The notes under the pieces: model-generated
Seen by the model: only the letters and a program-made list of their open reading frames with translations
The model's database searches: none
What the model was told of the DNA's origin: nothing
DNA from: a virus
Taxonomy: Duplodnaviria; Caudoviricetes
Length of the DNA: 64,000 nucleotides
IMG/VR virus record: IMGVR_UViG_2524614838_000004
Coordinates: 20,261 to 84,260 of that record
Reading direction: 5' to 3' (one strand)
Shown: positions 27,533 through 35,561 of the stretch, one piece after another
How positions within the stretch are numbered: position 1 is the first letter of the stretch
Layout: each line of letters opens with the position of its first letter
Translations under genes and position numbers: made by a program

Positions 27533-27643
27533 CAGGTATTAGTTTTATGATGGTTAAAACAGGCAGAAGCGTATGTGAAGACATGCAGGTTGACAGACAT
27601 ACGTCAGGAAGCAAGACATGCGGTTCGAATCCGCATATACCTG
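27533..27643 (+). ncRNA. Expanded tRNA-like RNA without a canonical anticodon arm
   Basis: CAGGTAT/ATACCTG acceptor; GTTTT/AAAAC D-like arm; CGTATGT/ACATACG long arm; TGCGG-TTCGAAT-CCGCA T-arm. Confidence 0.55.
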
Positions 27644-27645
27644 TT

Positions 27646-27822
27646 GGGAATGATCTGGCTTAGCCAGTCAGAGAATTTCAAGTAAGAGGTTGCAAACTTT
27701 TGCGTGATTGCGGTGGTGGTTCAAATCCACAATCCCGTTATATGAGTATGTGTGAGGCTAACATTGAAAGTATGGCAGGTAAGGCGTAGGGATAATCGCA
27801 GGTTCGATTCCTGCCACCGCAA
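27646..27822 (+). ncRNA. Overlapping tRNA-like elements (Cys-like anticodon arm; element with two T-loops)
   Basis: AGAGG-TTGCAAA-CTTTT; TGCGGTG/CACCGCA acceptor enclosing GTGG-TTCAAAT-CCAC and GCAGG-TTCGATT-CCTGC. Confidence 0.45.
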
Positions 27823-27841
27823 TTTATAAAATTGTTTAAGA

Positions 27842-27914
27842 GGGGAATAAGCTAATCTGGTGAAAGCGCCTGCCTGAAGAGCAGGAGAGATAGGGTCGGA
27901 ACCTATACTTCCCA
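27842..27914 (+). tRNA. tRNA-Phe(GAA) with a degenerate T-loop (possible pseudo-tRNA)
   Basis: Cloverleaf; CCTGC-CTGAAGA-GCAGG; T-loop reads GTCGGAA; one acceptor mismatch. Confidence 0.65.
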
Positions 27915-27934
27915 TTTGCTTCTTTTTTTCATTC

Positions 27935-28189
27935 ACAGCCGAAAGCGACAACCTAATGGAGCAGGTGCAGGGTCTAATAGGATTGTGGTTGTGTCTAAGA
28001 GTTGCATCATAACTAAGGAAGCAAGCGTTGCCGAATAGCTATCGGCTGATGTGAGAGTGAGCGCAACGCCTTACAGAGAATGACAATGCCTGCTGAAAGC
28101 GCCCGGAGCGTATTCGTGCACAAGTACGCTTGCGAAATCTCCATAAGAGGGTGAGTAGACGGTATGATAATCTAAGCGGGCCGTGCTTA
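27935..28189 (+). ncRNA. Unassigned multi-stem structured RNA between tRNAs
   Basis: Several nested helices and GAAA-containing loops; no ORF with an RBS. Confidence 0.4.
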
Positions 28190-28262
28190 GGACCCTTAGC
28201 TCAGAGGTCAGAGCCTCCGGCTTCTAACCGGAATGTCCTGGGTTCGAATCCCAAAGGGTCCA
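28190..28262 (+). tRNA. tRNA-Arg(TCT)
   Basis: GGACCCT/AGGGTCC; TCCGG-CTTCTAA-CCGGA; TTCGAAT T-loop. Confidence 0.85.
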
Positions 28263-28440
28263 TTGGTGGCTGAAAGTTTAGTGTGAACGTAATAAGCCAA
28301 ATTCCTCATGTGAGAAAACACATGGGAACTCATGAATATGGGTGAATGGCATTTGGAAAATCCTTATTTCTGTTCTTAGTAGCCAGTAAGTGAACGTGCT
28401 TCATGCAAGTGGTTTGCGTGGATATGGTTCTACCCCACGA

Positions 28441-28512
28441 TGGGCTATTGCCAAACGGTAAGGCACAGGATTTTGATTCCTGCATTTCCCGGTTCGAATC
28501 CGGGTAGCCTGA
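28441..28512 (+). tRNA. tRNA-Gln(TTG)
   Basis: TGGGCTA acceptor; CAGGA-TTTTGAT-TCCTG; CCCGG-TTCGAAT-CCGGG. Confidence 0.9.
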
Positions 28513-28527
28513 TTTGCACATTGGAAA

Positions 28528-28556
28528 TTGAATATTGATGGTTGGTGTGGTATAAT
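28528..28556 (+). promoter_or_regulatory. SigA-type moron promoter
   Basis: TTGAAT-17 bp-TATAAT with extended TG. Confidence 0.7.
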
Positions 28557-28587
28557 TTTTCTATTACAAATGATGAGGGGGGTTATT

Positions 28588-29622
28588 ATGGATAAACGAT
28601 ATCAGGTTTTTGTTAGTTCAACATATAAAGATTTACAAGATGAGCGTAAAGAAGTTATGCAAGCATTACTTGAATTAGACTGCATACCGGCTGGAATGGA
28701 ACTTTTTCCAGCTTCGAATGATGACCAATGGACTTTAATAAAAAAAGTTATTGATGACTGTGACTATTATATTTTGATTTTAGCAGGTAGATATGGTTCT
28801 GTTAATGAAGATGGTATGGGTTATACTGAAATGGAATATCGATATGCTTTGGCGGCGAATAAGCCTATAATAGCTTTTCTGCATAAAAATCCAGGAGATA
28901 TATCATCAGCTAAAACTGAGGATACGCAAGAAGGTAAGGAAAGATTAAATCTATTTAGGGATTTGGCCCAAAAAAAGATGACTAAATATTGGACTAACCC
29001 TTACGATCTAGGAAGCGTAGTTTCAAGGAGTATGATTACTCTTATTAAAACATTTCCTGCTACAGGGTGGGTCAAAGCTGATAATATAACAGATGAAAAT
29101 ACGATGAAAGAATTACTTAGACTTCAAAAAGAAAACAAAGAATTAAAAGAACAACTGGAGTTAAGTAATATTCAAGCACCTGATGGAGCGGAAAATTTCT
29201 CACAAGGTGAAGATACAATTGTATTGAATTTCGTGTATAGGTATTTTGATAAACAAAACAATAGATATTCAAGCTCAATGGATTTTGTGTTTACATGGAA
29301 TGAATTATTTAAAGTTGTAGCTCCTTATTTGGTTAATGAATGTGACGAGGTAGATATGACAGAGGTTATTACAACCTACATGAAAGAAAAATGTCATGAT
29401 GAAATAATAATTTTAAAGTCAGAAATGAAAATACGGTCATTTGATAAAATTCAATTAAAAGTTGGTCATTTTCAAATAATCAAAGTACAATTTCAAGCAC
29501 TTGGATTGATACAGAAAAGTATCAAGAATAGAAGTGTTAAAGATAACTTAACATACTGGAAATTAACCCCATATGGAGAGAGGATAATGACTCAATTAGT
29601 CGCAATTAAAAAAGAAAAATAA
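28588..29622 (+). CDS. DUF4062 (TIR-like) domain protein, moron
   Basis: YQVFVSSTYKDLQDER...PAGME.FPA...CDYYILILAGRYGS...YTEMEY signature. Confidence 0.85.
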   Translation: MDKRYQVFVSSTYKDLQDERKEVMQALLELDCIPAGMELFPASNDDQWTLIKKVIDDCDYYILILAGRYGSVNEDGMGYTEMEYRYALAANKPIIAFLHKNPGDISSAKTEDTQEGKERLNLFRDLAQKKMTKYWTNPYDLGSVVSRSMITLIKTFPATGWVKADNITDENTMKELLRLQKENKELKEQLELSNIQAPDGAENFSQGEDTIVLNFVYRYFDKQNNRYSSSMDFVFTWNELFKVVAPYLVNECDEVDMTEVITTYMKEKCHDEIIILKSEMKIRSFDKIQLKVGHFQIIKVQFQALGLIQKSIKNRSVKDNLTYWKLTPYGERIMTQLVAIKKEK

Positions 29623-29630
29623 GATTTCGC

Positions 29631-29665
29631 TACCAACTATCAATATTCGGTTGGTAGTTTTTTTA
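29631..29665 (+). terminator. Rho-independent terminator
   Basis: TACCAACT/GGTTGGTA stem followed by a T tract. Confidence 0.75.
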
Positions 29666-29685
29666 TGGGAAAATGAGGTGGGAAC

Positions 29686-29823
29686 ATGAGTAACGTTGAA
29701 ATAGTATTTATGGTGATTAAATTCGTAGTATTTTTATACGCAGCTTGGAAGTTTGTAACTGGAGATAAGGAAAAGATAAGTACGTTATGGTATGGAATAT
29801 TCCTGATAGGTTTATTGCTGTGA
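29686..29823 (+). CDS. Small membrane protein, 45 aa
   Basis: RBS GAGGTGG; two hydrophobic segments. Confidence 0.55.
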   Translation: MSNVEIVFMVIKFVVFLYAAWKFVTGDKEKISTLWYGIFLIGLLL

Positions 29824-29831
29824 GGTGGATT

Positions 29832-30014
29832 ATGGACGGATTCCAGCTTTGCTTACGTAACTTTTGCTCTTACTGCCCGGATTTTGAGCCGGAGGTCGAT
29901 AAAGAGGATTGTACCTTGATCGGGGATTCTTCTTCCAAAGTCATGAATATTATCCGGTGCCAGAATGAGGGCCGGTGTATCAATATTGTGGAAAATTTGG
30001 AAGGTAGGGTATGA
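29832..30014 (+). CDS. Small Cys-containing protein
   Basis: RBS GAGGTGG; CSYC motif. Confidence 0.55.
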   Translation: MDGFQLCLRNFCSYCPDFEPEVDKEDCTLIGDSSSKVMNIIRCQNEGRCINIVENLEGRV

Positions 30015-30310
30015 CTATGCCGCCGAAATGGAATGAAAGCCCGGAAACGGTATATATGCGTGGTACTGATGGCACGGAGATCCCTGTAAGTGATATTCCA
30101 GTGCTTGATTTTAAAATGGACCAAGATGAAGAACTGCAAAAGGCCATAGACGAATTTAAGAAGCCTGTTTCCTTGGATTTCTCAATGGCTGTGTTATTAC
30201 CACCGGGAGAATTGGCCGCTGTCATATGTGGTTTATGTACCTTGGAGCAGGTCCAGCAGAATAATTGGCGGCGGCTTCATGGCATGCCTATGAAAAGGAG
30301 GACGAAATGA
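30011..30310 (+). CDS. Hypothetical protein
   Basis: Overlap-coupled ORF. Confidence 0.6.
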   Translation: MTMPPKWNESPETVYMRGTDGTEIPVSDIPVLDFKMDQDEELQKAIDEFKKPVSLDFSMAVLLPPGELAAVICGLCTLEQVQQNNWRRLHGMPMKRRTK

Positions 30311-30693
30311 GATTAAGAGATGTTTTGGCAGTTATTGATGATAATGAAACGGTTGCTATCAGCCTTGATTATAAGAGCCTAAAGAGCTGTGAAAAATTAA
30401 GAAGAGAGCATTTAATTGATCTGCTTGATATGACGGTAAAGGGTGTTAAGACTGAAAGTTGCTCAATGCTGTTTATCACAGGAGAAGCAACGATTACAAG
30501 TGATACAACCAACCTACATGCAGATGAGATTGAGCATTTTTTACGGGTAGAGATTGAAGTTTCAAGGAATCGTATTGAAAGTAAAGAGGAAATTAGAGCC
30601 TTTAATGGTGTAGGGGTTGGACCTGAAGCCGCAAAAGAATTGAATAAACGGCATATTGCGTTTTGCCAGCAGCTATTAGATATGATTCATTAA
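30307..30693 (+). CDS. Hypothetical protein
   Basis: RBS AGGAGG; ATGA overlap. Confidence 0.55.
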   Translation: MRLRDVLAVIDDNETVAISLDYKSLKSCEKLRREHLIDLLDMTVKGVKTESCSMLFITGEATITSDTTNLHADEIEHFLRVEIEVSRNRIESKEEIRAFNGVGVGPEAAKELNKRHIAFCQQLLDMIH

Positions 30694-30717
30694 AACCTGT
30701 AGGAGGTTGGGGAAATT

Positions 30718-30924
30718 ATGGAAAAGAGTAATCCAGTTGTAATATATCGTTGCCGCCGGTGCGGTAAAGAATTTCAAGAGACAGGTGTTATAAGAGGAAG
30801 CATGCAAACTAATGGTGTTGATGTGCCTGTTGGTCCAGTTTATTTGTATCATCTTTGTGATGATGGCATATTTGGACTGGATGATTTAATCGGAGGATAT
30901 GAGGTGAAAACAAAAAATGGATAG
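30718..30924 (+). CDS. Zn-ribbon-like small protein
   Basis: YRCRRCG...HLC. Confidence 0.55.
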   Translation: MEKSNPVVIYRCRRCGKEFQETGVIRGSMQTNGVDVPVGPVYLYHLCDDGIFGLDDLIGGYEVKTKNG

Positions 30925-31189
30925 AGGCTATACAGCTAAAGAGGGATTAGAAATGGGGGAAAGCATAATGGCAGGTTTTATAAGTGGTTTTAAAAAATCC
31001 ATGAATCCTCCGGAAGATGGATTTGACGGGCAAGCGGATATAAGAATCTTACCAGATGGAAGCCGTTGGGCAGTTTGTCCTTATTGTGGAAAAAAGGCAG
31101 TAAAGATTTTGCCAGAAACAAAAATACATATGATGCCGTATAAATGCAAGAACAGCAAGTGCCAAAGTGATTTTATTGTAAATGTATAA
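30917..31189 (+). CDS. Cys-rich Zn-ribbon protein
   Basis: CPYCG...KCKNSKC. Confidence 0.6.
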   Translation: MDRGYTAKEGLEMGESIMAGFISGFKKSMNPPEDGFDGQADIRILPDGSRWAVCPYCGKKAVKILPETKIHMMPYKCKNSKCQSDFIVNV

Positions 31190-31272
31190 AGTGATTTTTA
31201 AAGTCTGATTTAAACCAGTGCCTTGTGAGCCTTCGGACCTTTGTTAATAACAGAGGAAGGAGGCTTTTTTCT

Positions 31273-32940
31273 ATGGATTTCCAGGAACACCGGGAAATAA
31301 TCAAAAAATTAAAGCGGCAGATTGAATCACCGCCTTCTTACGACATTCTAAACATTCTGTTATCAGAACTCCAATATACAATGCAGGATAATCCGGATTT
31401 GCCCGTTGAGGAACGGGATTTCATCATGACCTATTCCGGGTTTATCAAGAAATGGGCCGTCACTAGATTTGTCCAGACAATGGATACCTGTTGGGATGAT
31501 CTGTACTGGAAAACATTGCATTTTGAGGCTCCGTATTTATTCGAATCGTATCTGATTTATCTGGAGAAGAATCGGGAAGCGAAGGATCGCTTTTATTTAC
31601 CGAAACGCAAGCAGCTGAATAAGCATGGATTGATTCAGGCCATGCAGGATCTGGAAGATGATAGGCTGGATATCTTAAGCATATCAATGCCACCTGGGAC
31701 GCAGAAAACGACCTTGGAGAAGTTCTTTGCCTCATGGGTAATTGGCAAGCACCCAGATGATTTCAGTTTGTTCTATTCCCATAGTGGCGATATTACCAGA
31801 ATGTTCTATGACGGTATTTATGACATCACTACAAATTCAGATGAATACACCTGGAGCGAAATATTCCCAGACGTGAGACTTGAAAGTACGAATGCCAAGA
31901 CTGAGACAATAAATTTTAATAAATACAAACCTTTCCCCAACATACAGTGTACGTCCATTGGCTCAAAGAATGCCGGTAAAGTTAGGTGTAACCGGTACCT
32001 GTATTGTGATGATCTTATTGGCGGCATTGAAGAAGCTCTGAATAAGGTTCGGTTAGATAAACTTTGGTCCCTATACAGTGTGGACGGTAAACAGAGAAAA
32101 ATGGACGGCTGTAAAGAGATTCACATAGCGACGAGGTGGTCTGTCCATGATGTGATTGGACGAATAAAAAACCTATATCAAAAAAGCGACAGAGTGAGAT
32201 TTATTGAGGTTCCAGATATTGATCCAGTGACTGAGGAATCAAACTTTGACTATGAATACAATGGCTTTTCAGTAGCTTTCTTTAATGATCAGGCACTGGC
32301 TATGGACGAAATTTCTTATAAGTGTCTTTATAAAAGCCAGCCTATTGAACGTGAGGGTCTGCTATATCATGAAGATGAATTAAGACGATACTTTACACTT
32401 CCGCAGGGAGAACCTGATGCCTTACTTGGAATATGTGATACGAAGGACAAAGGAACAGACTTTATGTTTCTTCCTTGCGTGGCTCAGTACGGAAGTGATT
32501 ATTACTGCCTGGATTGTGTTTGTGATGATAATTCTGACTATGGAATTCAATACGAAAGGTGCTCCCAAATAATAGTGGATAATAAGCTGCAGCAGTGCCA
32601 GTTCGAAAGCAATAATGGCGGTAGCCGGGTAGGGTACGAAGTGAATAAACTGGTGGAGCAAAAGAATGGCCGTTGTAACATCACCACTAAATTCACTGAT
32701 AGCAATAAGGAAACAAAGATTATCGTAAATGCGGACTGGGTAAAGAAACATGTTTTATTCAAAGATTCTTCTCTTTACAAAGCCAAAAGTGATTATGGGG
32801 TTATGATGAGTTTTCTGCTTAGTTATTCAGTGAAAGGTAAGAACGTTCATGATGATGTACCCGATGGCTGGGCGCAGTTTGCATTGTTCACACAAAATAT
32901 GGGTGGCGCTAAAGTCACAGTTTTCCAGAGACCGTGTTAA
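31273..32940 (+). CDS. terL: Terminase large subunit
   Basis: SMPPGTQKT Walker A; YCDDLI Walker B; CDTKDKGTD and HDDVPD nuclease motifs. Confidence 0.92.
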   Translation: MDFQEHREIIKKLKRQIESPPSYDILNILLSELQYTMQDNPDLPVEERDFIMTYSGFIKKWAVTRFVQTMDTCWDDLYWKTLHFEAPYLFESYLIYLEKNREAKDRFYLPKRKQLNKHGLIQAMQDLEDDRLDILSISMPPGTQKTTLEKFFASWVIGKHPDDFSLFYSHSGDITRMFYDGIYDITTNSDEYTWSEIFPDVRLESTNAKTETINFNKYKPFPNIQCTSIGSKNAGKVRCNRYLYCDDLIGGIEEALNKVRLDKLWSLYSVDGKQRKMDGCKEIHIATRWSVHDVIGRIKNLYQKSDRVRFIEVPDIDPVTEESNFDYEYNGFSVAFFNDQALAMDEISYKCLYKSQPIEREGLLYHEDELRRYFTLPQGEPDALLGICDTKDKGTDFMFLPCVAQYGSDYYCLDCVCDDNSDYGIQYERCSQIIVDNKLQQCQFESNNGGSRVGYEVNKLVEQKNGRCNITTKFTDSNKETKIIVNADWVKKHVLFKDSSLYKAKSDYGVMMSFLLSYSVKGKNVHDDVPDGWAQFALFTQNMGGAKVTVFQRPC

Positions 32941-32954
32941 GGAGGTTTTACTAT

Positions 32955-33542
32955 ATGGCAAAAACATTGAGGAATCCAAAGAAAGAAAACTTAAGTCTAT
33001 GGAATTCTTATCATAGCATGAAAAAACGCTGTTTAAATCCTAATTGCAAGCGCTATAAAGACTACGGTGGAAGAGGAATCAAGATATGTGAAGAATGGCT
33101 TAAAGGCTTTGATGCATTTGCAGATTGGGCAAAAGCAAATGGATACAGGAACGGATTGACCATAGAGCGAAAAGATGTGAATGGCAATTACGAGCCGGAT
33201 AACTGTATATGGATCACAAAGCAACAGCAGGCTTTTAATAAAAGGGATTCAATATTTGTCACTTATCGAGGACGGACAAAAGATTTAATGGTGTGGTGTA
33301 ATGAATTAGGGCTGACGTATGATACATTTCATAACCGTATTACTTGTGGGTGGTCCCCTGAAAAGGCATTTGAAAGCCCTGCTAACGGAAAATCTTTTGC
33401 TCAAGTGTGTAGGGAGCATGGTTTAAAACCAGCAACGGTTAGAGATAGAGTTTACAAATTGGGTTGGGACTTAGAAGTTGCATTGAATACGCCAAGTGCA
33501 GGCCTGGGAGCCAATCAGCAGACTTATATGGGGAGGATTTGA
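32955..33542 (+). CDS. HNH homing-endonuclease-like protein
   Basis: MKKRC.NP...Y..YGGRGI.IC.EW...LTIERKD.NG.Y.PDNC.W. Confidence 0.8.
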   Translation: MAKTLRNPKKENLSLWNSYHSMKKRCLNPNCKRYKDYGGRGIKICEEWLKGFDAFADWAKANGYRNGLTIERKDVNGNYEPDNCIWITKQQQAFNKRDSIFVTYRGRTKDLMVWCNELGLTYDTFHNRITCGWSPEKAFESPANGKSFAQVCREHGLKPATVRDRVYKLGWDLEVALNTPSAGLGANQQTYMGRI

Positions 33543-33544
33543 TT

Positions 33545-33976
33545 ATGAAATTAACGAGAGAATATTTAGCGACTTATACATATCTGGAATCCGAAATTAA
33601 GCGTCTTAGGCGCAGGATAAAATACTATGAAAATAATCCATTGACTTCTGAATATGGGATTGTGAAAGGATCTTTAAAGCAGTTCCCATTTACGGAATGT
33701 CATTTTGTAGTTTCAGGGGCAAACGTGAAATCGAATGAAGAAAGGGAAAAGGCGGTTCGGCAGCTCCTAATAGATTTGAAAGGTAACGAGCAGCTTTTTG
33801 AAGATATGAAATTGGAGATAGAATGTTTTCTTGAAAAGTTGGGTCCGGAGCAGGTGGAAATTAAGCAGATCCTGTATTATAGATATGTTGAACACTGGCC
33901 TTATGACGAGATTGCAAAGAAATTGAATTATGATAGGACAACCATTCAAAAGAAGATTGAAAAGTTTTTGAATTAG
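33545..33976 (+). CDS. ArpU/RinA-like late transcription activator
   Basis: ILYYRYVEHWPYDEIAKKLNYDRTTI HTH; position after terminase. Confidence 0.75.
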   Translation: MKLTREYLATYTYLESEIKRLRRRIKYYENNPLTSEYGIVKGSLKQFPFTECHFVVSGANVKSNEEREKAVRQLLIDLKGNEQLFEDMKLEIECFLEKLGPEQVEIKQILYYRYVEHWPYDEIAKKLNYDRTTIQKKIEKFLN

Positions 33977-34101
33977 TTACAATAGAAATAGAATTTTATT
34001 GAATATCGTTGCAATTAGGTATGAATTGATATAATATTTTTATATAACTTGAATGAACTAATCTGTTTACTATTTAGAAAAAACATTAATGGAGAATTAA
34101 T

Positions 34102-35034
34102 ATGAAAAAACCAAAGGTATTAGGAAAAAACAATATAAGAGGAACAATATACGTTGATGATTTTAAATTTAGTAGTGGTCATAGCGCACCAATTTACGAA
34201 GTTTTTGACTGTCATGGATTAAATAAAATTATTGGTTATGCCAAACTTTTAAATCAGGAATATGGAAAAGTTTATTACAGAGGACAATGTAATTTATATG
34301 AATCGTTGTTGCCCAGTTTATTTCACGAAAAAACAAATAAAAGTGGAATGAAAATTTCTAAACTAAAAAAAATTATCAATGCTTCTTTAAATGATAAAAA
34401 ATTTTCAAAAGAAATACATTTAAACAAGGATAACAAAAATTCATATGATATTATTGAAGGTATGTTGCAGCATTATGGGATTAATACTCGCTGCATTGAT
34501 GCGGTAGATAATCATTGGATTGCATTATGGTTTGGTTTAAATAAATATTACTGTCAAAGTATAGGGAAAATTACCTACGCAACATATATTAATAGAATTA
34601 AAAATAATTATAGTTCTGAAATGATAACGAGAATATTAAAAGGCGATGATCCGTTAAGGTATCAATATGTTATGTTAATTGCGGCAGATAGTAATGAAGC
34701 AATTAATGGTGTTGAAAACGGAAATGATATAATAACAATTGACTTAAGAATTGCATTACCTTCAACTTTTTTAAGACCACATGCACAACATGCAATTATA
34801 CTAAAAAAAAGATTACATGATAATTCTTGTGATTATGATATCTCTAGAAATGTCGTAGGCATATTGAAGGTTCGAAATGATATAGTCTATTCTTGGTTGG
34901 GGGATGGAGAACTTGTAAAATTCAATAATCTTTTCCCCTCTCCATTTTATGACAATGCATATAGAATTTTGTTACAAAGAGATGATTTATTTAATGATGG
35001 GAAAAATTCGATTGTGCGGTATACTTATGACTAA
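34102..35034 (+). CDS. FRG domain protein (moron)
   Basis: YYRGQ...LLPSLF...LQHYGINTR.ID.V.N..IALWF; AT-rich; own promoter. Confidence 0.85.
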   Translation: MKKPKVLGKNNIRGTIYVDDFKFSSGHSAPIYEVFDCHGLNKIIGYAKLLNQEYGKVYYRGQCNLYESLLPSLFHEKTNKSGMKISKLKKIINASLNDKKFSKEIHLNKDNKNSYDIIEGMLQHYGINTRCIDAVDNHWIALWFGLNKYYCQSIGKITYATYINRIKNNYSSEMITRILKGDDPLRYQYVMLIAADSNEAINGVENGNDIITIDLRIALPSTFLRPHAQHAIILKKRLHDNSCDYDISRNVVGILKVRNDIVYSWLGDGELVKFNNLFPSPFYDNAYRILLQRDDLFNDGKNSIVRYTYD

Positions 35035-35042
35035 AAGAAAAT

Positions 35043-35095
35043 TTCCCACATTTCCCATTTCATATATGTTAAAATGATATTGTGGTATAGAATGA
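35043..35095 (+). promoter_or_regulatory. Putative late promoter/activator site, copy 1
   Basis: TTCCCACATTTCCCATT followed by a TAAAAT -10-like element; repeated at 50355. Confidence 0.6.
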
Positions 35096-35149
35096 AAAGA
35101 AAGCGTTATCCTAGAGATGGCGCTTTTTGTTATGTCTGGAGGTGGGGAT

Positions 35150-35548
35150 TTGGCATTTGAAGGCTGGCTATTAAAAATAAATGGAACAGTGTTTCCAACT
35201 GAATTGATTGCGCTGGAATCCTATAAATGTATACCAGATCAGATAATGGACCTGGACCCCTACAGAGATGGAAGTGGGGAGTTACATCGTAACGTATTGC
35301 CACATACAGCTACGTCCATGGAATTCTCCACCACGCATCTGCGATTGAGAGATGTTGACAGACTAAACGCCTTTGTCCCCCATGGTAACAGGGTAAAATG
35401 TGAAATAGAATATTGGAATCCCAATACGTCCTCGTATAAGTCGGGGGCGTTTTATATTTCCGATATTCCGTATGAAATTGTAAATATTGATGAGAAAAGA
35501 AAGGATATACTATACAAGCCTATTAAGATAACAATAACCGAGTATTAA
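35150..35548 (+). CDS. Distal tail (Dit-like) protein
   Basis: LLKING...Y...RDGSG.LHR..L; lies before the baseplate gene. Confidence 0.65.
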   Translation: MAFEGWLLKINGTVFPTELIALESYKCIPDQIMDLDPYRDGSGELHRNVLPHTATSMEFSTTHLRLRDVDRLNAFVPHGNRVKCEIEYWNPNTSSYKSGAFYISDIPYEIVNIDEKRKDILYKPIKITITEY

Positions 35549-35561
35549 GGAGGCTAGATCT

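Noticed and set aside
28263-28330. Theta/HDV-like ribozyme after tRNA-Arg
   Set aside because: TCCTCAT resembles L3, but no G-initiated P1 abuts the tRNA end and the nested double pseudoknot cannot be drawn
27721-28521. Minus-strand ORFs 27721-27951 and 28330-28521
   Set aside because: They are antisense translations of tRNA genes
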